A DNA stretch of 64,000 nucleotides, taken from contig NC_092379.1 of assembly GCF_030028105.1 (NCBI RefSeq), positions 21,243,309-21,307,308 on the forward strand, in the 5' to 3' direction. Shown here one piece after another: positions 26,250 to 38,439 of the stretch. Origin of the DNA: Mobula birostris. Its lineage: Eukaryota. The notes below the pieces were generated by a model. It was given only the letters and a program-made list of their open reading frames with translations. It had not been told where the DNA came from and made no database searches. Every line of letters begins with the position of its first letter. The first letter of the stretch is position 1. A program made the translations under genes and the position numbers.

Positions 26250-28490
26250 TGCCATTGGGAGCTGAACGTCCAAGGATATACAGTGTATTGGAAAGATAGG
26301 TTAGTTGGCAGAGGGGTGGTATGGCTCTGTGTATAAGAAATAATATTACTGTAAATCACTGGAACGAGATTACGTAGGATTAGAAGGTGTAGAGTCTCTA
26401 TGGGTTGAGTTAAGAAATGGCAAGGGTAAAAGGACCCTTACGGCAGTTGTATACAGGCCTCCAAACAGCAGTCGGGGTGTGGATTACAAATTACAGCAGG
26501 TTATCGAAAAGGCATATCAGAAAGGCAATGTCATGATAATCGTTGGGGATTTTAACATGAAAGTGGATTGGGAAAACCAGGCCAGTACTGGACCTCAAGA
26601 GAGAGTTTGTAGAATGTCTTAGGGATGACTTTTAAAAACAGCTTGTTGTTGAGCCCACTAGGGAATCGGCTGTGCTGGATTGGGCGTTGGGCAATGATAT
26701 GGAGGTGATAAGAGAGCTTATGGTTAAGGAACCCTTCGGGAACAGTGATCACAATATGATCGAGTTCACTTTGAAATTTGAGAGGAAGAAAAGCAAAATC
26801 TAATGTGTCGGTATTTCAGTGGAGTAAAGCAAATTACGTTGGCATGAGAGGGGAACTGGCTGAAGCTGACAAGAAAGGGACATTTGCAGGAACGACAGCA
26901 GAGCAGCAACGGCTGGAGTTTCTGCGAACAGTGAGGGAAGTGCAAGACAGATATATTCCAAATAAGAAGAAATTTTCAAAGCGAAGAAGGACACTACCGT
27001 GGCTGACAATTGAAGTCAGAGCCAAAGTAAAAGCAAAAGAGAGGGCATACAAGGAAGCCAGGGGTAGTGGGAAGGTAGCGGAATGGGGAGCTTTTAAAAA
27101 CTTGCAGAAGGAAACTAAGAAGTACATTAGGAAGGAAAAGATGAATTATGAAAGGAAGCTGACGACTAATATCAAAGAAGACACTGAAATCTTTTTCAAG
27201 CATATAAAGTGTAAAAGAGAGTCGAGGGTAGATATAGGACCAATACAAAATGATGCTGGAGAATTTGTAACGTGAGATGCAGAGATGGCAGAGGAACTGA
27301 ATGCATCTTTTGCATCAGTCTTCACAGTGGAAGACGTCTGCGGTATAACAAACATACAAGAGTGTCAGGGAAGTGAGGATTGTGCAGAGAAAATTACGAC
27401 TGAGAAGGTGCTCAGGAAGCTGAATGGTCTGAGGGTGGATAAATCTCCTGGACCTGATGGAATGCACCCTGGGTTCTGAAGGAAGTAGCTGGAGAGATTG
27501 AGGAGGCGTTAACGATGATCTTTCAAGAATCAATAGATTCTGGCTTTGTACCAGATGACTGGAAAATTGCAAATGTTACTCCGCTATTTAAGAAGAGTGG
27601 GAGGCGGCAGAAAGGAAACTATAGACCTGTTAGCCTGAGTCAGTAGTTGGGAAGTTGTTGGAATCAATTGTTAGGGATGAGAATATACCGTACCTGGAGG
27701 CACATGACAGGATAGACCAAAGCCAGCATGGTTTCCTGAAAGGAAAATCCTGCCTGATTAACTGTCTACAATTTTTTGAGGAAATTACAAGCAGGGTAAA
27801 CAAAGGAGGTGTAGTAGATGTGGTGTACTTGGATTTTCAGAAGACCTTTGTCAAGATGCCGCATACGAAGCTGCTCAGCAAGATTAGAGCCCATGGAATT
27901 ACAGGGAAGTTACCAGCATGGGTGGAGCATTGGCTGATCGACAGAGAACAGACAGTGGGAATAAAGGGATCCTATTCCAAAATATATACTGACATTGAAG
28001 AGGGTTCAGAGAAGATTCACAAGAATGATTCCAGGAAGGAGAGAGTTACCGTATGAGGATCTTTTGGCAGCTGCTGAGCTGTATTCCCTGGAGTCCAGGA
28101 AAATGATGGAGTATCTCATAGAAACATTCCACATGTTAAAAGGACTGAAGAGATTAGATATAGATAAGTTATTTCCCATGGCAGGGGATTCTAGGACAAG
28201 AGGGCACGACTTCAGGATTGAAGGACATCCTTTTAGAACTGAGATGCGGAGAAGTTACTTTAGTTAAAGGGTGGTAAATCTGTGGAATTTGTTGCCATGA
28301 GTGGCTCTGGAGGCCAAGTCATTGGGTACATTTAAAGTAGAGATAGATGGGCTTTTGATTAGCCAGGGAATCAAAGGGTATGGGGAGAAAGCAGGTGAGT
28401 GAGGAGGACTGGATGAAGTGGATCAGCCCATGATTGAATGGCGGAACAGACTCGATGGGCCAAATGGCCTACTCCTGCTCCTGTATTTTA
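26250..28490 (+). mobile_element. CR1 LINE ORF2 (endonuclease and RT), internal deletion near 27980
   Basis: VYRPPNS, GDFNMKVDW, DKSPGPDGMHP, SQHGFLKGKSCLINCLQFFEE, then a jump from GIKGSYS to KRVQRRFTRMIPG; 3' tail at about 28430-28490. Confidence 0.92.
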
Positions 28491-28579
28491 TGGTCGTATA
28501 CATCACTGCTTGGTGATGCAAAATATATTTCACGAAATCTGCCAGTGACATTAAATCTGATTCTGTTTCTGATTCTTCT

Positions 28580-29125
28580 GGTACAGAAACTATACTGTGG
28601 CAGACGGGAGGGCTCTACAATGGAGTATACTACTAGCAGTCTGGTGGGTAGTCCAGACAGCCCACTACATAGGCCGACCCTCCATCAAGGACATATATAC
28701 AGAAATGTTTTGGAAAAAGGTCAGTAACATCATGAACTATCTCACCCACAATGGCTCATGGATTTTTTGTCCCACACCTATCAGGGAGGATGCTATGCAG
28801 TATCCATGCCAGGACGACCAGACTCAAAAACAATTACTTTCCCCAAGCAGTAAAGCTGATCAACACCACCACCCACTAACTCCACCACTACTTTGTTATT
28901 TCCTCTCAGTCACCTATGTACAGCCTCACATCACTTTATGGAATACAAACAAAACCTACCAATGAATATACGTTATTTTATGTATTTATATTTATGGTCT
29001 TTTTATTATTGTTGTGTTCTCTATCTTATTGTGGGTTTTGTGTGCATCAGATCTGGAGTAACAATTATTTCATTGTCCTTTACATCTGTGTACAGTAAAT
29101 CACATGAAACAATCTGGAATCTTGA
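28580..29125 (+). mobile_element. Rex1/Babar-type LINE 3' fragment
   Basis: VVQTAHYIGRPSIKDIYTEMFWKKVSNIM...RQTQKQLLSPSSK and the family tail. Confidence 0.7.
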
Positions 29126-30099
29126 GTCCTGGAGCCTTTGTGATTGGAAATACCTTCACAGATGTTCTCTCCACTTCCTCCTTTCCAAACAAAATAATTC
29201 TGGCTGCTCCATTGTCTAAACAAAGTCCTTTATTCCTGGAATCATCTTAATATTCTGTCAGGGTGGCTCTTCTCTCCTCTGATACTGTTCTGAATTATGG
29301 ATAATACAAACCTAGGGATAATGTAAATATATAAAACTGATTCTTCTTTTGCCAGAATCAGTTTTCTATATGAATAGACATCATTGTTTCTTTCCCTATT
29401 ACATCCTAATTATTTGGACCATAGAGGGATTACTAACAAATGAAATGATGTCATTAGTGGGTTTCCTGTACATTTTGCTGTTCTTGCTGTGGAGATGGTG
29501 TGAATACTATATACTGTGTCACAAGTATAATTCTCACATCCCTGTTACTGTCAGTGATACAGAAATAATGTTAATACTCCAGATTGTTGTCAGTGATATG
29601 ATACTTGCTCACCCAGACTGTTAGTTGGTTCAGGGTGAGGCTCACATCACTGTTGGTGTCTATGAGGTGGGTGAAATGACAATGTAGGAGCAGACATCTG
29701 TTTCCAAGTGCAGATGGTGCATGTCATACAGACAGTAGCATTCCCAATGTCCTGAGTGCAGTGGTCCTCCATTGTGCTGGAGATTGCAGTGTGGGAGTTG
29801 CTGTCACAGAATCTTCACTGAAGTGCTGTGGTACATTTTGTAGATAGTATACATGCATTCATGGTATATCAGTGGTGGGGGAATGAACTGAAGTGTGGGT
29901 GGATAGACCATATATATCACCAAATGTACCAACACGTCAGGTGCCAACAATCATGTCTACACACCTGTAAAATAGCAAAAGAGGCAACGAATGGCCAAAG
30001 TACAGTCCCATCAAGAAGATGGTGGATCATTAAAAGCGAATGAAATGAGTCGACTCCAAAAGAACCAACTTCCAGGAGGGTGGAGCCCAGCACATGAGA

Positions 30100-30830
30100 G
30101 TTAAAGACGAGGCATGAATGTCTGTTTGACTATTTTGGAAAGTCAAACCAATATAGGAAATTCAGGGTAAACGGCGGGGCCCTGGGTAGTGTTGAGGAAC
30201 AGAGGGACCTTGGAGTTCAAACACATGGTTCACTGAGTGTGCTATCAGGGTTAGATAGGATGGTGAGGAATGGTTTTGGCATGCTGGTCTTATTTATACA
30301 AATCATTGATTCTGAATGTTGGGTGGTCATGGAGCAGTTGTACAAGGCACCGGTGAGGCTGCACTTGCAGTATTATGTTCATTTTATTCACCAAGCTGCA
30401 AGAAATATATCATTATACCGGAAAGAATGCAGAAAAGATTTACAAGGATGCTGCCAGGACTCTAGGGACTGAGTTATAGGGAGAGGTTGGACAGGCAAAG
30501 CTTTATTCCTTGGAGTGTAGGAGAATGAGGGGAGATTTGATAAAATCACGAGGACACAGCTGTGATGAATCCACTCAGTCTTTTACTGAAGATTGGGGAA
30601 TCAAGAACTAGACGGCTTAGGTTTCAGCTGAGAGTGGCTTAATAGAAATGTAAAGCAATTTTTAAACAAATGTTTGAAACTATGTGGAATATGCTACTGG
30701 AGGAAGTGATTGAGTTATGTTAATAACAACATTTAAAAAACATTTGGACAGGTTCATGGACAGGAACATTTTGGAAGGTTATGGGCCAAACACTGAGAAA
30801 TGAGGTTCACCCGGATCGGCATCTTGGTCA
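30100..30830 (+). mobile_element. CR1 3' fragment, part of a duplicated unit
   Basis: ORF 30239-30472 is nearly the same as minus ORF 42296-42565 (SGLDRMVRN.FG.L...CWVVMEQLYKA). Confidence 0.8.
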
Positions 30831-30965
30831 GCGTTTGAGACTTATGCTAAAGGCCTTTTTCCATGCTATAGGACTCCATCAATCTACACTAAGGGCAATT
30901 TACGGTAACCAATTAACCTACCAACAAAGCATGTCTTTGGGCTGTGAGAAAAAAATACTTTGCAG

Positions 30966-31191
30966 TGTGACATATTCACCTGAAGAGCTCCTGTAGCCTC
31001 AGGGCCTCCTGGTACAATGGACTCCTCCTGTGCACTGTTTCACCCGAACTTTCCAGCAATCTCTGTCTGTCTGTAACACTGACACCCAGTGGCTCGCGGT
31101 GTTATTACAGCAGCCAGTTTGACTGAAACCTCAATGCCTGATTTCAGAGGTGTTCCTCTGACCCCCAGTGGTTTCAGGTTGTCACTGCAAG
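30966..31191. repeat. Module M copy 3
   Basis: tttgcag|tgtgacatattcacctgaagagctcc ... gtcactgcaag; followed by the same SINE tail and spacer as copy 1. Confidence 0.85.
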
Positions 31192-31859
31192 GAACCAAAT
31201 GCTTTCCGTCAAGTGAACTTCAATCCAGACACAAGAGACTGCAGATGCTGGAATCCAGAGAAACGCACAATCTGCTGGAGAAACACAGCGATTTCAGCAG
31301 CATTGATGGCTGGAAAGAAACTGTTGTCTCCCTGTATCAGGTCAGTTCAAATTAGCATCAGGGTTACCACAGACAGAATGTAATCATCACGGAAACAAAA
31401 TAAAACCTGCTCAGGTTACATTGCAGAGAAAAAATACTCTTGAAAACACCAGACAGACAATATCCACAGTGCCTCAGTGGTGCAGGGAATGTGCCAACTC
31501 ATGAGATGTCAATGATCATGTCGACACAGCTGTAAATAGCAAAAACCGCCAAAAAAAAAGCTGAAGATGAGTCTGCTGAAGAACAGTTCAGATCAAATCC
31601 ATACTGAAGCTGCTGTCCAAAAGCACGGGGTTCCTGCTGCTGAATTCATGCAATTGTTTATCATTGAGGTCTATCCATGGACACAAATGAGCCACTGTAA
31701 TCCTTAATGAAAAACAGGGACCGATTCAAAAGACAGTCTGTTTCAGATTGGAAAGTGGGAGAGCAGAAACAGTGAGACAGGCAGTGTTGAGTGAAGAACA
31801 GAAATCACGGACAAATTGAATGAGATAAAATGATGTGACTGGCAGATTTTCAAACCTTG

Positions 31860-32175
31860 ACAGCTTTATACAGGGGAAGCTGCAAAGAGGGAGGAGGAAG
31901 GAGAGGGAGTCAGACTGGGAATGGAGAGAAAGAGTGATGGGGAGTGAAAGAATGGACACGATGGAGAGAGAGAATGGATCAGATATAGTGAACCTGAAAG
32001 AGAGAAGACAAAGGAGAAGAGAGACTGATGGAAAGACAGAATAAAAACAAATCAAGAAAGAGATTGACCAAGAGAAAAATGGAAATGGCATGGAAAGGGA
32101 TAAGGAGAATGAGTGGGGAAGGGAATGAGGTCCGATGGGAAAAGACACCAGGAGAAAACATGGATTGTATAGAGT
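31860..32175 (+). repeat. Purine-rich (GA) low-complexity tract
   Basis: Long runs of gagagaaga/ggaggaa with few pyrimidines on the plus strand. Confidence 0.75.
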
Positions 32176-32254
32176 GCCATTGTAGAGCCCTGCACTGGTG
32201 TGACATGCCAACTGGTGAATGAATCTCTTGTCCTTTCTCTGTCTGAATTTGCAA

Positions 32255-32479
32255 CGTGACATATTCATCTGAAGATCTCCTGCAGTGAATCAGGACTTCC
32301 TGGCACAGTGGAATCCTCCTGTGCACTGTTTCATCCACATTGTCCAGCAGCCGCTCTGTGCCTGACTATTACACTGAGACCCGGAGACTGTCAGTTATTA
32401 TGAGCAGCCAGGTTGACTGAAATGTTAATAACTGGAGGTGTTCCTCTGACACCCAATGGTTGCAGGTTATCACTGCAAG
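32255..32479. repeat. Module M copy 4
   Basis: Pyrimidine tract then gcaa|cgtgacatattcatctgaagatctcc ... ttatcactgcaag. Confidence 0.85.
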
Positions 32480-32499
32480 CTACCAAATTCTTTTCACAC

Positions 32500-32840
32500 A
32501 ATGAGCTTCCAGAAGATCATCTGTATCTTCTGGGCAAGAAAGATCTCCAACCACGTCCTGCTCCTTCAGTGTCATCAAGTGGACATTACCACAATCACGT
32601 TGATGAATCTTTGGATATGGTTTAGCAACGTGATGAGGCCAACTCCATCATGAAGACCTCATTGGATTTCTGAAGAGCAGAGGAAACCAAAGGCAACTTG
32701 GCACCATACCATAGAGACAGTAATGAGGACTCTGAACTACACCTGGGGCACAATAGAGCAGATGGCCAAGGACAGACAGAGATGGAAGGCCTTCATTGCT
32801 GCTCCAAATGCAAACGGCATAACGGGCAGTAAGTAAATGG
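32500..32840 (+). mobile_element. RTE-type LINE 3' end
   Basis: acacctggggcacaatagagcagatggccaaggacagacagagatggaaggccttcattgctgc (TWGTIEQMAKDRQRWKAFIAA). Inverted paralog at 40620-40900. Confidence 0.75.
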
Positions 32841-33179
32841 AGCAGGGAACCAGAACTAAAATGGAACTGGAATGTAAATTGTTCTTAAAACAGCACAGTG
32901 GAATTTCCCAGAGTGCAGCAATGTCAAACATACAAGGCCAATCCCATCACAGGGTTTTCGCCGAAGGAGGAGGGAAATAACCAGAAGAAAGGGCAGGCAG
33001 ACACAGTGAGCCAGCCTGTGCCTGACCCGACCCTGTTCCTGCCACCATTGGTTAAAAGGCTTGACAGCCCTCCAACGGGACATGATCCTTCTCAAATTCA
33101 GCACTTCTCTCTCCTCCTCAAACCTTACCCCCTCTGAACGCACTGACCTCCACTCTCTCTGTACCAATCTCAACCGTAC

Positions 33180-33675
33180 CATCAGTGCAGAGGATGTTCA
33201 TCAGGTTGATTCCAGAGATGAAGGGGTTAACCTATGAGGAGAGATTGAGTTGCCTGGGCTGTACTCTCTCGAACTCAGAAGAATGAGAGGGGATCTTACA
33301 GAAACATAGACAATTTTGGAAGGGATAGACAAGGTAGAAATAAGAAAGTTGCTTCCATCGGTAGGTGAGACGAGAATGAAGGGACATTGCCTCAACATTC
33401 AGGGGAGAAGATTTAGTACGGAGATGAGGAGAAACTGTTTTTCCCAGAGAGTGGTGAATCTGTGGAATTCTCTGCCCAGGGAAGCAGTTGAGGCTTCTTC
33501 ATTAAATATATTTAAGGATGATAGATTTTTGCATAGTAGGGGAATTAAGGGTTATGGGGAAAAGGCAGGTAGATGGAGCTGAGTTTACGGACAGATCAGC
33601 CATGATCTTATTGAATGGTGGGGCAGGCTCGATGGGCCAGATGGCCTACTCCTGCTCCTATTTCTTATGTTCTTA
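33180..33675 (+). mobile_element. CR1 3' end
   Basis: KGHCLNIQGRRFSTEMRRNCFSQRVVNLWNSLP and the 3' tail. Confidence 0.88.
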
Positions 33676-35660
33676 TGTAAAACCACAGACAAAGGGGGTG
33701 CTGTTGTAGTGTGGCAGACTGACCTCTACCTTAATGAAGCCAAGCAGCAATTCTCAGACACCTCCTCATACCTACCCCTTGAAGAGGACCCCACTCCAGA
33801 CCATCAGAAAACTGTCTCCAACACCATCACTGACCTCATCAATTCTGGAGAACTCCTATCCACTGCCTCCAAACTCATCGTTCCTGTACCCCACACTGCT
33901 TGCTTCCACCTTCTACCCAAGATCCACAATCATAACTCTCTGGCAGGCCTATTGTCTCTGCCTGCTCCTGCCCCACTGAACTAGTGTCCTTATACCTTGA
34001 CTCCATTCTATCTGCCTTGTTTCAATCCCTTCCCACCTCCATCAGCTGCACTTCTCATGCTCTCAACCTCCTCAGAAACTGTCAATTCTCTGGCCCTGAC
34101 TTCCTCATTTTCACCATACATCTCTAGCTCCTAAATCTCCTTTCATGAAGGCCTTAAATCTCTCTGCTTCTTTCTCAATAAAAGGGCCATCCGATTCCCC
34201 ACCAGAACCCTCTTCCATCTGGCAGAACTGGTCCCCATCCTCATCAAATTTTCCTTCAGCTCCTCCCAGTTTCTCTATACTTTAGGGGTATTCATGGGCA
34301 CCCTCATGGGCTCCAGCTATGCCGACATCTTCACTGGCTGCGTAGAATAGTCCATGTTCCAAGCATTCCCAGGTGATGCTCCCCATCTTCCTCTGCTACA
34401 TTGACAACTGCATTGGTGCTGCTTCATGCACCCATGCTGAGTTCAGCAATTTCATCAAGGTTACCTCTAACTTCCGCCCTGTCCTTAACATCTCTTGGTC
34501 TATTTCCGACAACTCCCTTCACTTTCGTGATCTCTCTGTCTCCATCTCTGGAGACAAACTGTCAATGAGCTTCTTTTATAAACCTCTCAATTCCCACAGT
34601 TCTCTTGACTAAACCTCTTCCCACACTGTCTCCTGTATAAACGCTATTCCCTTTTCTCATTTCCATCATCTCCACCTCATCTGTTCCCAGGATGTGCCTT
34701 TTCCTTCCCAGGACATCAGAAATGTGTCCTTCTTCAAAGAATGGGATTTCCCTTCCTCCACCATTGACGCTGCCATCACCCGTATCTCTTCCCGTTCCCA
34801 AACATCCAGGCTCACACCATCTTTCCACTACCTTATCAGTGATAGAGTTCCTTTTGTCATTACCTACTAACCCATGAGCTTCCGCATCTGACTCATCATC
34901 CTCCACAACTTCCACCATCTCTAAAGTTATCCAGTCCCCAAACATTTTACCTCTCTCCCCCACTTTCCGCAGCAATCTCTCTCTCTCTCTTTCTCTCTGT
35001 CTGATTCCCTTGTCCATTCGTTCTTCCCAACTAATCTCCCTCCCTGTACTTATCCCTGAAAGCAGCCAAAGTGCTGCACCTGCCCATTCACCTTCTAACT
35101 CACTTCCATTGAAACCCCAAATAGTCCTTCCAGGTGAGGCAACTCTTTACCTGCAAATCTACTGGGGTCATTTATTGTGTGCAGGGCTCCTGATAGGGCC
35201 TCCATCGTCAATTGGGAAGCCACTTCATCCACCACCTCCATTCCATCTGACAAATGAGGCAACCCTGAAGGTGGAGGAGCAACAACTTACATTCCATCTG
35301 GGTGGCCTCCAACCTGATGACATGATATCCATTTCTGCTCCCGGTAAAGAAAAAATTATCCTCCCCTCTCCTCTTCCTCTGTTCCTCACTCTGGCCTTTT
35401 ACCTCTTCTCATCTGCCTATCACATCGCCTGGGTACCTCACTCCTTCCCTTTCTCCTGCGGTACATTCTCCTCTCCTATCAGATTCCTTCTTTTCCAGCC
35501 CTATACTTACCCCACGCACATGGCTTCCCCTATCACCTACCAGCAAATCTCCTTCCTTTACCTCTTCCTTTTTATACTGGCATCTTCCCCCCTTCCTTGT
35601 CAGTCCTGAAGAAGGGACTTGACCTGAAATGTTGACTGTTTATTCATTTCCATAGATGCT
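33676..35660 (+). mobile_element. Penelope-like element (RT and GIY-YIG), degenerate
   Basis: DKGGAVVVW...DTSSYLPL..DPT, LLPKIH, MGSSYA, YIDNCIG, DKLS..FYKP, GVIYCV (about 35165), KVEEQQLTFHLGGLQPD; (ct)n at about 34976-35000. Confidence 0.85.
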
Positions 35661-35953
35661 GCCATTTCCCAACAATGGTACATTTCATTTAGTTAGTGTC
35701 ACACATGCACCAGATGAGCAGCAGCAAACTTAATGGGGACAAGGAGCCCTCAAACAGTGATCCAACTCCTTTGACACGGATATCAAGTCTGATCAGTGGT
35801 TAGCACTGTCACGTCTTTGTCAAAAAGCCAATTATGCTAATTTCTTGAATCATTAGCTGACAGCTGATCATTGGAACTAATGCAGGAAGGGTTCAGACAC
35901 CATAGATACAAAGACACCCATTTCTTCCCGAGTGTGCATCACCTTAAAAAACC

Positions 35954-36174
35954 TCATGTCGATAGTTCTTTATTTCCCATCTCCAAACATCTGTCTGGAC
36001 CAGGAATCCACACCCCATCTTCCCTCTTGCTTCCATCCACCTGCCAGGTTACACTGAATCCCTGTAAATCACTGTGAACCACCTCACACAGAATGGTCGC
36101 TGTCCTCTTTGTCCAGATCTCTTCGAAGGGAGGTTTGCTTAAAGTGACTGAGGGGCGGGTATCTGAACAGTCAT
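35954..36174 (-). pseudogene. IgW/IgNAR-type heavy-chain constant exon, truncated (C1-set, lacks the second Cys)
   Basis: Acceptor tttctcccag| in phase 1, then DCSDTRPSVTLSKPPFEEIWTKRTATILCEVVHSDLQGFSVTWQVDGSKREDGV. This resembles the remembered IgNAR C4/IgW penultimate domain (SVSLLKPPFEEIWTQQTATIVCEIV). Stop follows ELST. Confidence 0.88.
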
Positions 36175-36689
36175 CTGGGAGAAACGTCACAATTATTACT
36201 TTACCATTCCAAAATGGATGAGTTTGTCACTGACAAGACCAACACTTCCTGTTTGTCTCTACTCAATGATTTGCCAGTCCCATCAAGATGAGAAGAGACC
36301 TATCTACAATGATGAGGAAAGGAATCTCCTCTATTGAGCCGACAGGGTGAACACCCTGAGGGAACGTAAATGAACAAGATTGCTCCTTACATTGTTTTTG
36401 CAGCTTCATGGTCACTGGCTGGGATTATGTTGAATGTCAGAGGGGGAGAGTATTTTGAAGACAAGTATCAGGGATCTCCCAGGTGACTAGCCAGTGAAAT
36501 ACTTTGGATTCTCCTCAACCTAAGAGAGTATTTTCAGAGATACAATTACATCTGTGGCCACTCTTCTGGATTATCAGTTCAGACATAATCACACCAGGGC
36601 TGCACCACAGTTCAATATTGTCCTGGCCTAGCAGAGTTCGGAGTTCAATGTAAACAATTTCATGAATGGGGTGAGTTCCCGGACCCCAC

Positions 36690-36990
36690 CTTGCTTCTTG
36701 ATACGGGTGTTGGAGGGGGGATGAATCACTGTACAGCTGAAGACTGATTCTGACTTCCACTCCTGTAAGCTCACGGTCAGGAAGTATCTGGCACTGAAAG
36801 TCCACCCCTGCTCCAGAGCGGTCAGTGTAGCCCTGGTGTTGGAGGTGATCACGATGCTGCCTTTCCCCCAGGTGACATTTATTTGGTTCGGGTAGAATCC
36901 AGAGACCACACACTCCAGTGTGGCTGTTTTCCTATTCTTGGACTCTTCCTGAGGTGGAGGCTGTCAGATTTTGAATAAAGACAGACAATT
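36690..36990 (-). pseudogene. IgW/IgNAR-type heavy-chain constant exon with a damaged 5' end
   Basis: PPPQEESKNRKTATLECVVSGFYPNQINVTW...TALEQGWTFSARYFLTVSLQEWKSESVFSCTVIHPPSNTRIKK contains both Cys and the Trp, and resembles IgNAR C3/IgW. An in-frame TGA precedes QPPP. Acceptor at 36990; weak phase-1 donor CAAG|gtgggg at 36690. Confidence 0.9.
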
Positions 36991-38439
36991 CTGTGGGTTA
37001 GAAATGGAAATGCTCAGAATCTTACTGGAGATATTTCCATTGGTTGTGTTAGGTCCAGGCAGATCATCAGTACTTGACAGCTGCATTTAATGCAAAGAGA
37101 ATAACAGAAATACTCAGGGCTGAATCACGTCTCTCATATTCCTGTTAATTTTGATTGAGAAAAGAAAATCAGAACAAAGGATATGCTAACGAGGTTTTGA
37201 ATCCCTTTCTAATAACTGTACCAATCGGTTCACTGTGAGACGGAGCTCTGTGAGACAGAGAAGCGTGCAGATTTCTCAGCAGAGACACAGCTCAGTATAT
37301 TCTTTGTTTGGAGACTCAGTGCCATTGATTAGTAACAGTGAGCACTGTGAATCAATGAGAATCCCTTTCTCCACCTGGGCTGAGCCTGGGATTCACTCAG
37401 TTTAATAACTTCACATCCCGACATTCCAGTCTCACTGTGGCTGTGCCTCTCCTCATCTCTGCAACCTTCACCACCCACACAAACTTCAGACAACATTGTA
37501 TCCTTTCAACTCTGCTCACTCATACACCTGCACTACTTCTGCTGGTGTCTGTGGTTTTAACATTCTTGCTGACAAACACTGAAGCCTCTGTCTCACTTGA
37601 AATGAGCAGCCATGGTCAGGGTGTATCCATAAGTTAGAGACTGATGATTTGGTTTTATGTGTTTGAATCCCAAGGTAGTTGAAATTCCAACAATAAATGT
37701 TTTTGGAATAAAAAATAGACTGTGAAAGGATTTGTACTGTTATAAGACCCATGCAGTTTGCTGTTGTTCCTCAGGTAAAGAAATCAATCATCCATATCTT
37801 GTCTGGCTGGTTTGTGACTCCTGCAGCAATACAGCTGAACCCGAATCACCATCAGGAATGAGCCAGCAAGTCCATCAGTTCTAGAGCGATCAGTGATTGA
37901 TAGGAAATGATAAATGAATCAAACAGTTCTTTAATCAGGTTTTGGGTCACCTGTCCTCTAGCAAGTCGTGAGAGGACCTTTGTTTTGGGAATGGTTGCTG
38001 CAAGACCATTCATACATTTCAGTGATGATAGAGCTGAAAATACAGAAGCATAGTCTGTTTTCAGTAGCTCGCTGGCTGAGGTTGGAGTCACATCGGTTAC
38101 GGATTGATGAATTTCTGTGTGGTCCTCGGGATCAGCTCCATGGCAGCAAAATTCAAAGGAATTGCATGGAGAGCCAGTGGCCATGATTTACTGCCAGGAT
38201 CCAGTGACCTTCAAAAGTCTTATCCTGCACCAGACGTTGTCAACAGCACCAAGGCAAGCAATTTCTTTATCTGTCTCTAATTGTCCCTGACCACAGCATG
38301 GAGACACTGCAGTTCACAGGGTGTATAGACTAAAAGAATCGACCCAATAATTTCTGACACAGTATGGTAATACTGTCATGTAGAAATGGTGTCAAGGACT
38401 GTCTTTTCTGATGAGTTATCATCTTGGTCCTCAAAGCAA

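Noticed and set aside
31726-32268. 180-aa hydrophobic ORF that looks like a membrane protein
   Set aside because: It is the antisense translation of the GA-rich low-complexity tract.
32894-32932. CACAGTG followed by a 23-nt spacer and tcaaacata, as a possible RSS
   Set aside because: The nonamer matches only 5 of 9 positions and no V-segment (YYC) end precedes it.
33002-33040. CACAGTG heptamer in a unique stretch
   Set aside because: No nonamer at a 12- or 23-nt spacing.
35010-35609. 199-aa ORF
   Set aside because: A mosaic of Penelope GIY-YIG remnants and a pyrimidine-rich 3' region.
37968-38186. Plus ORF with SLFSVARWLRL...FLC, resembling C1-set E/F strands
   Set aside because: No first Cys or FYP motif and no splice sites; it is on the opposite strand to the Ig exons. 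Likely chance.
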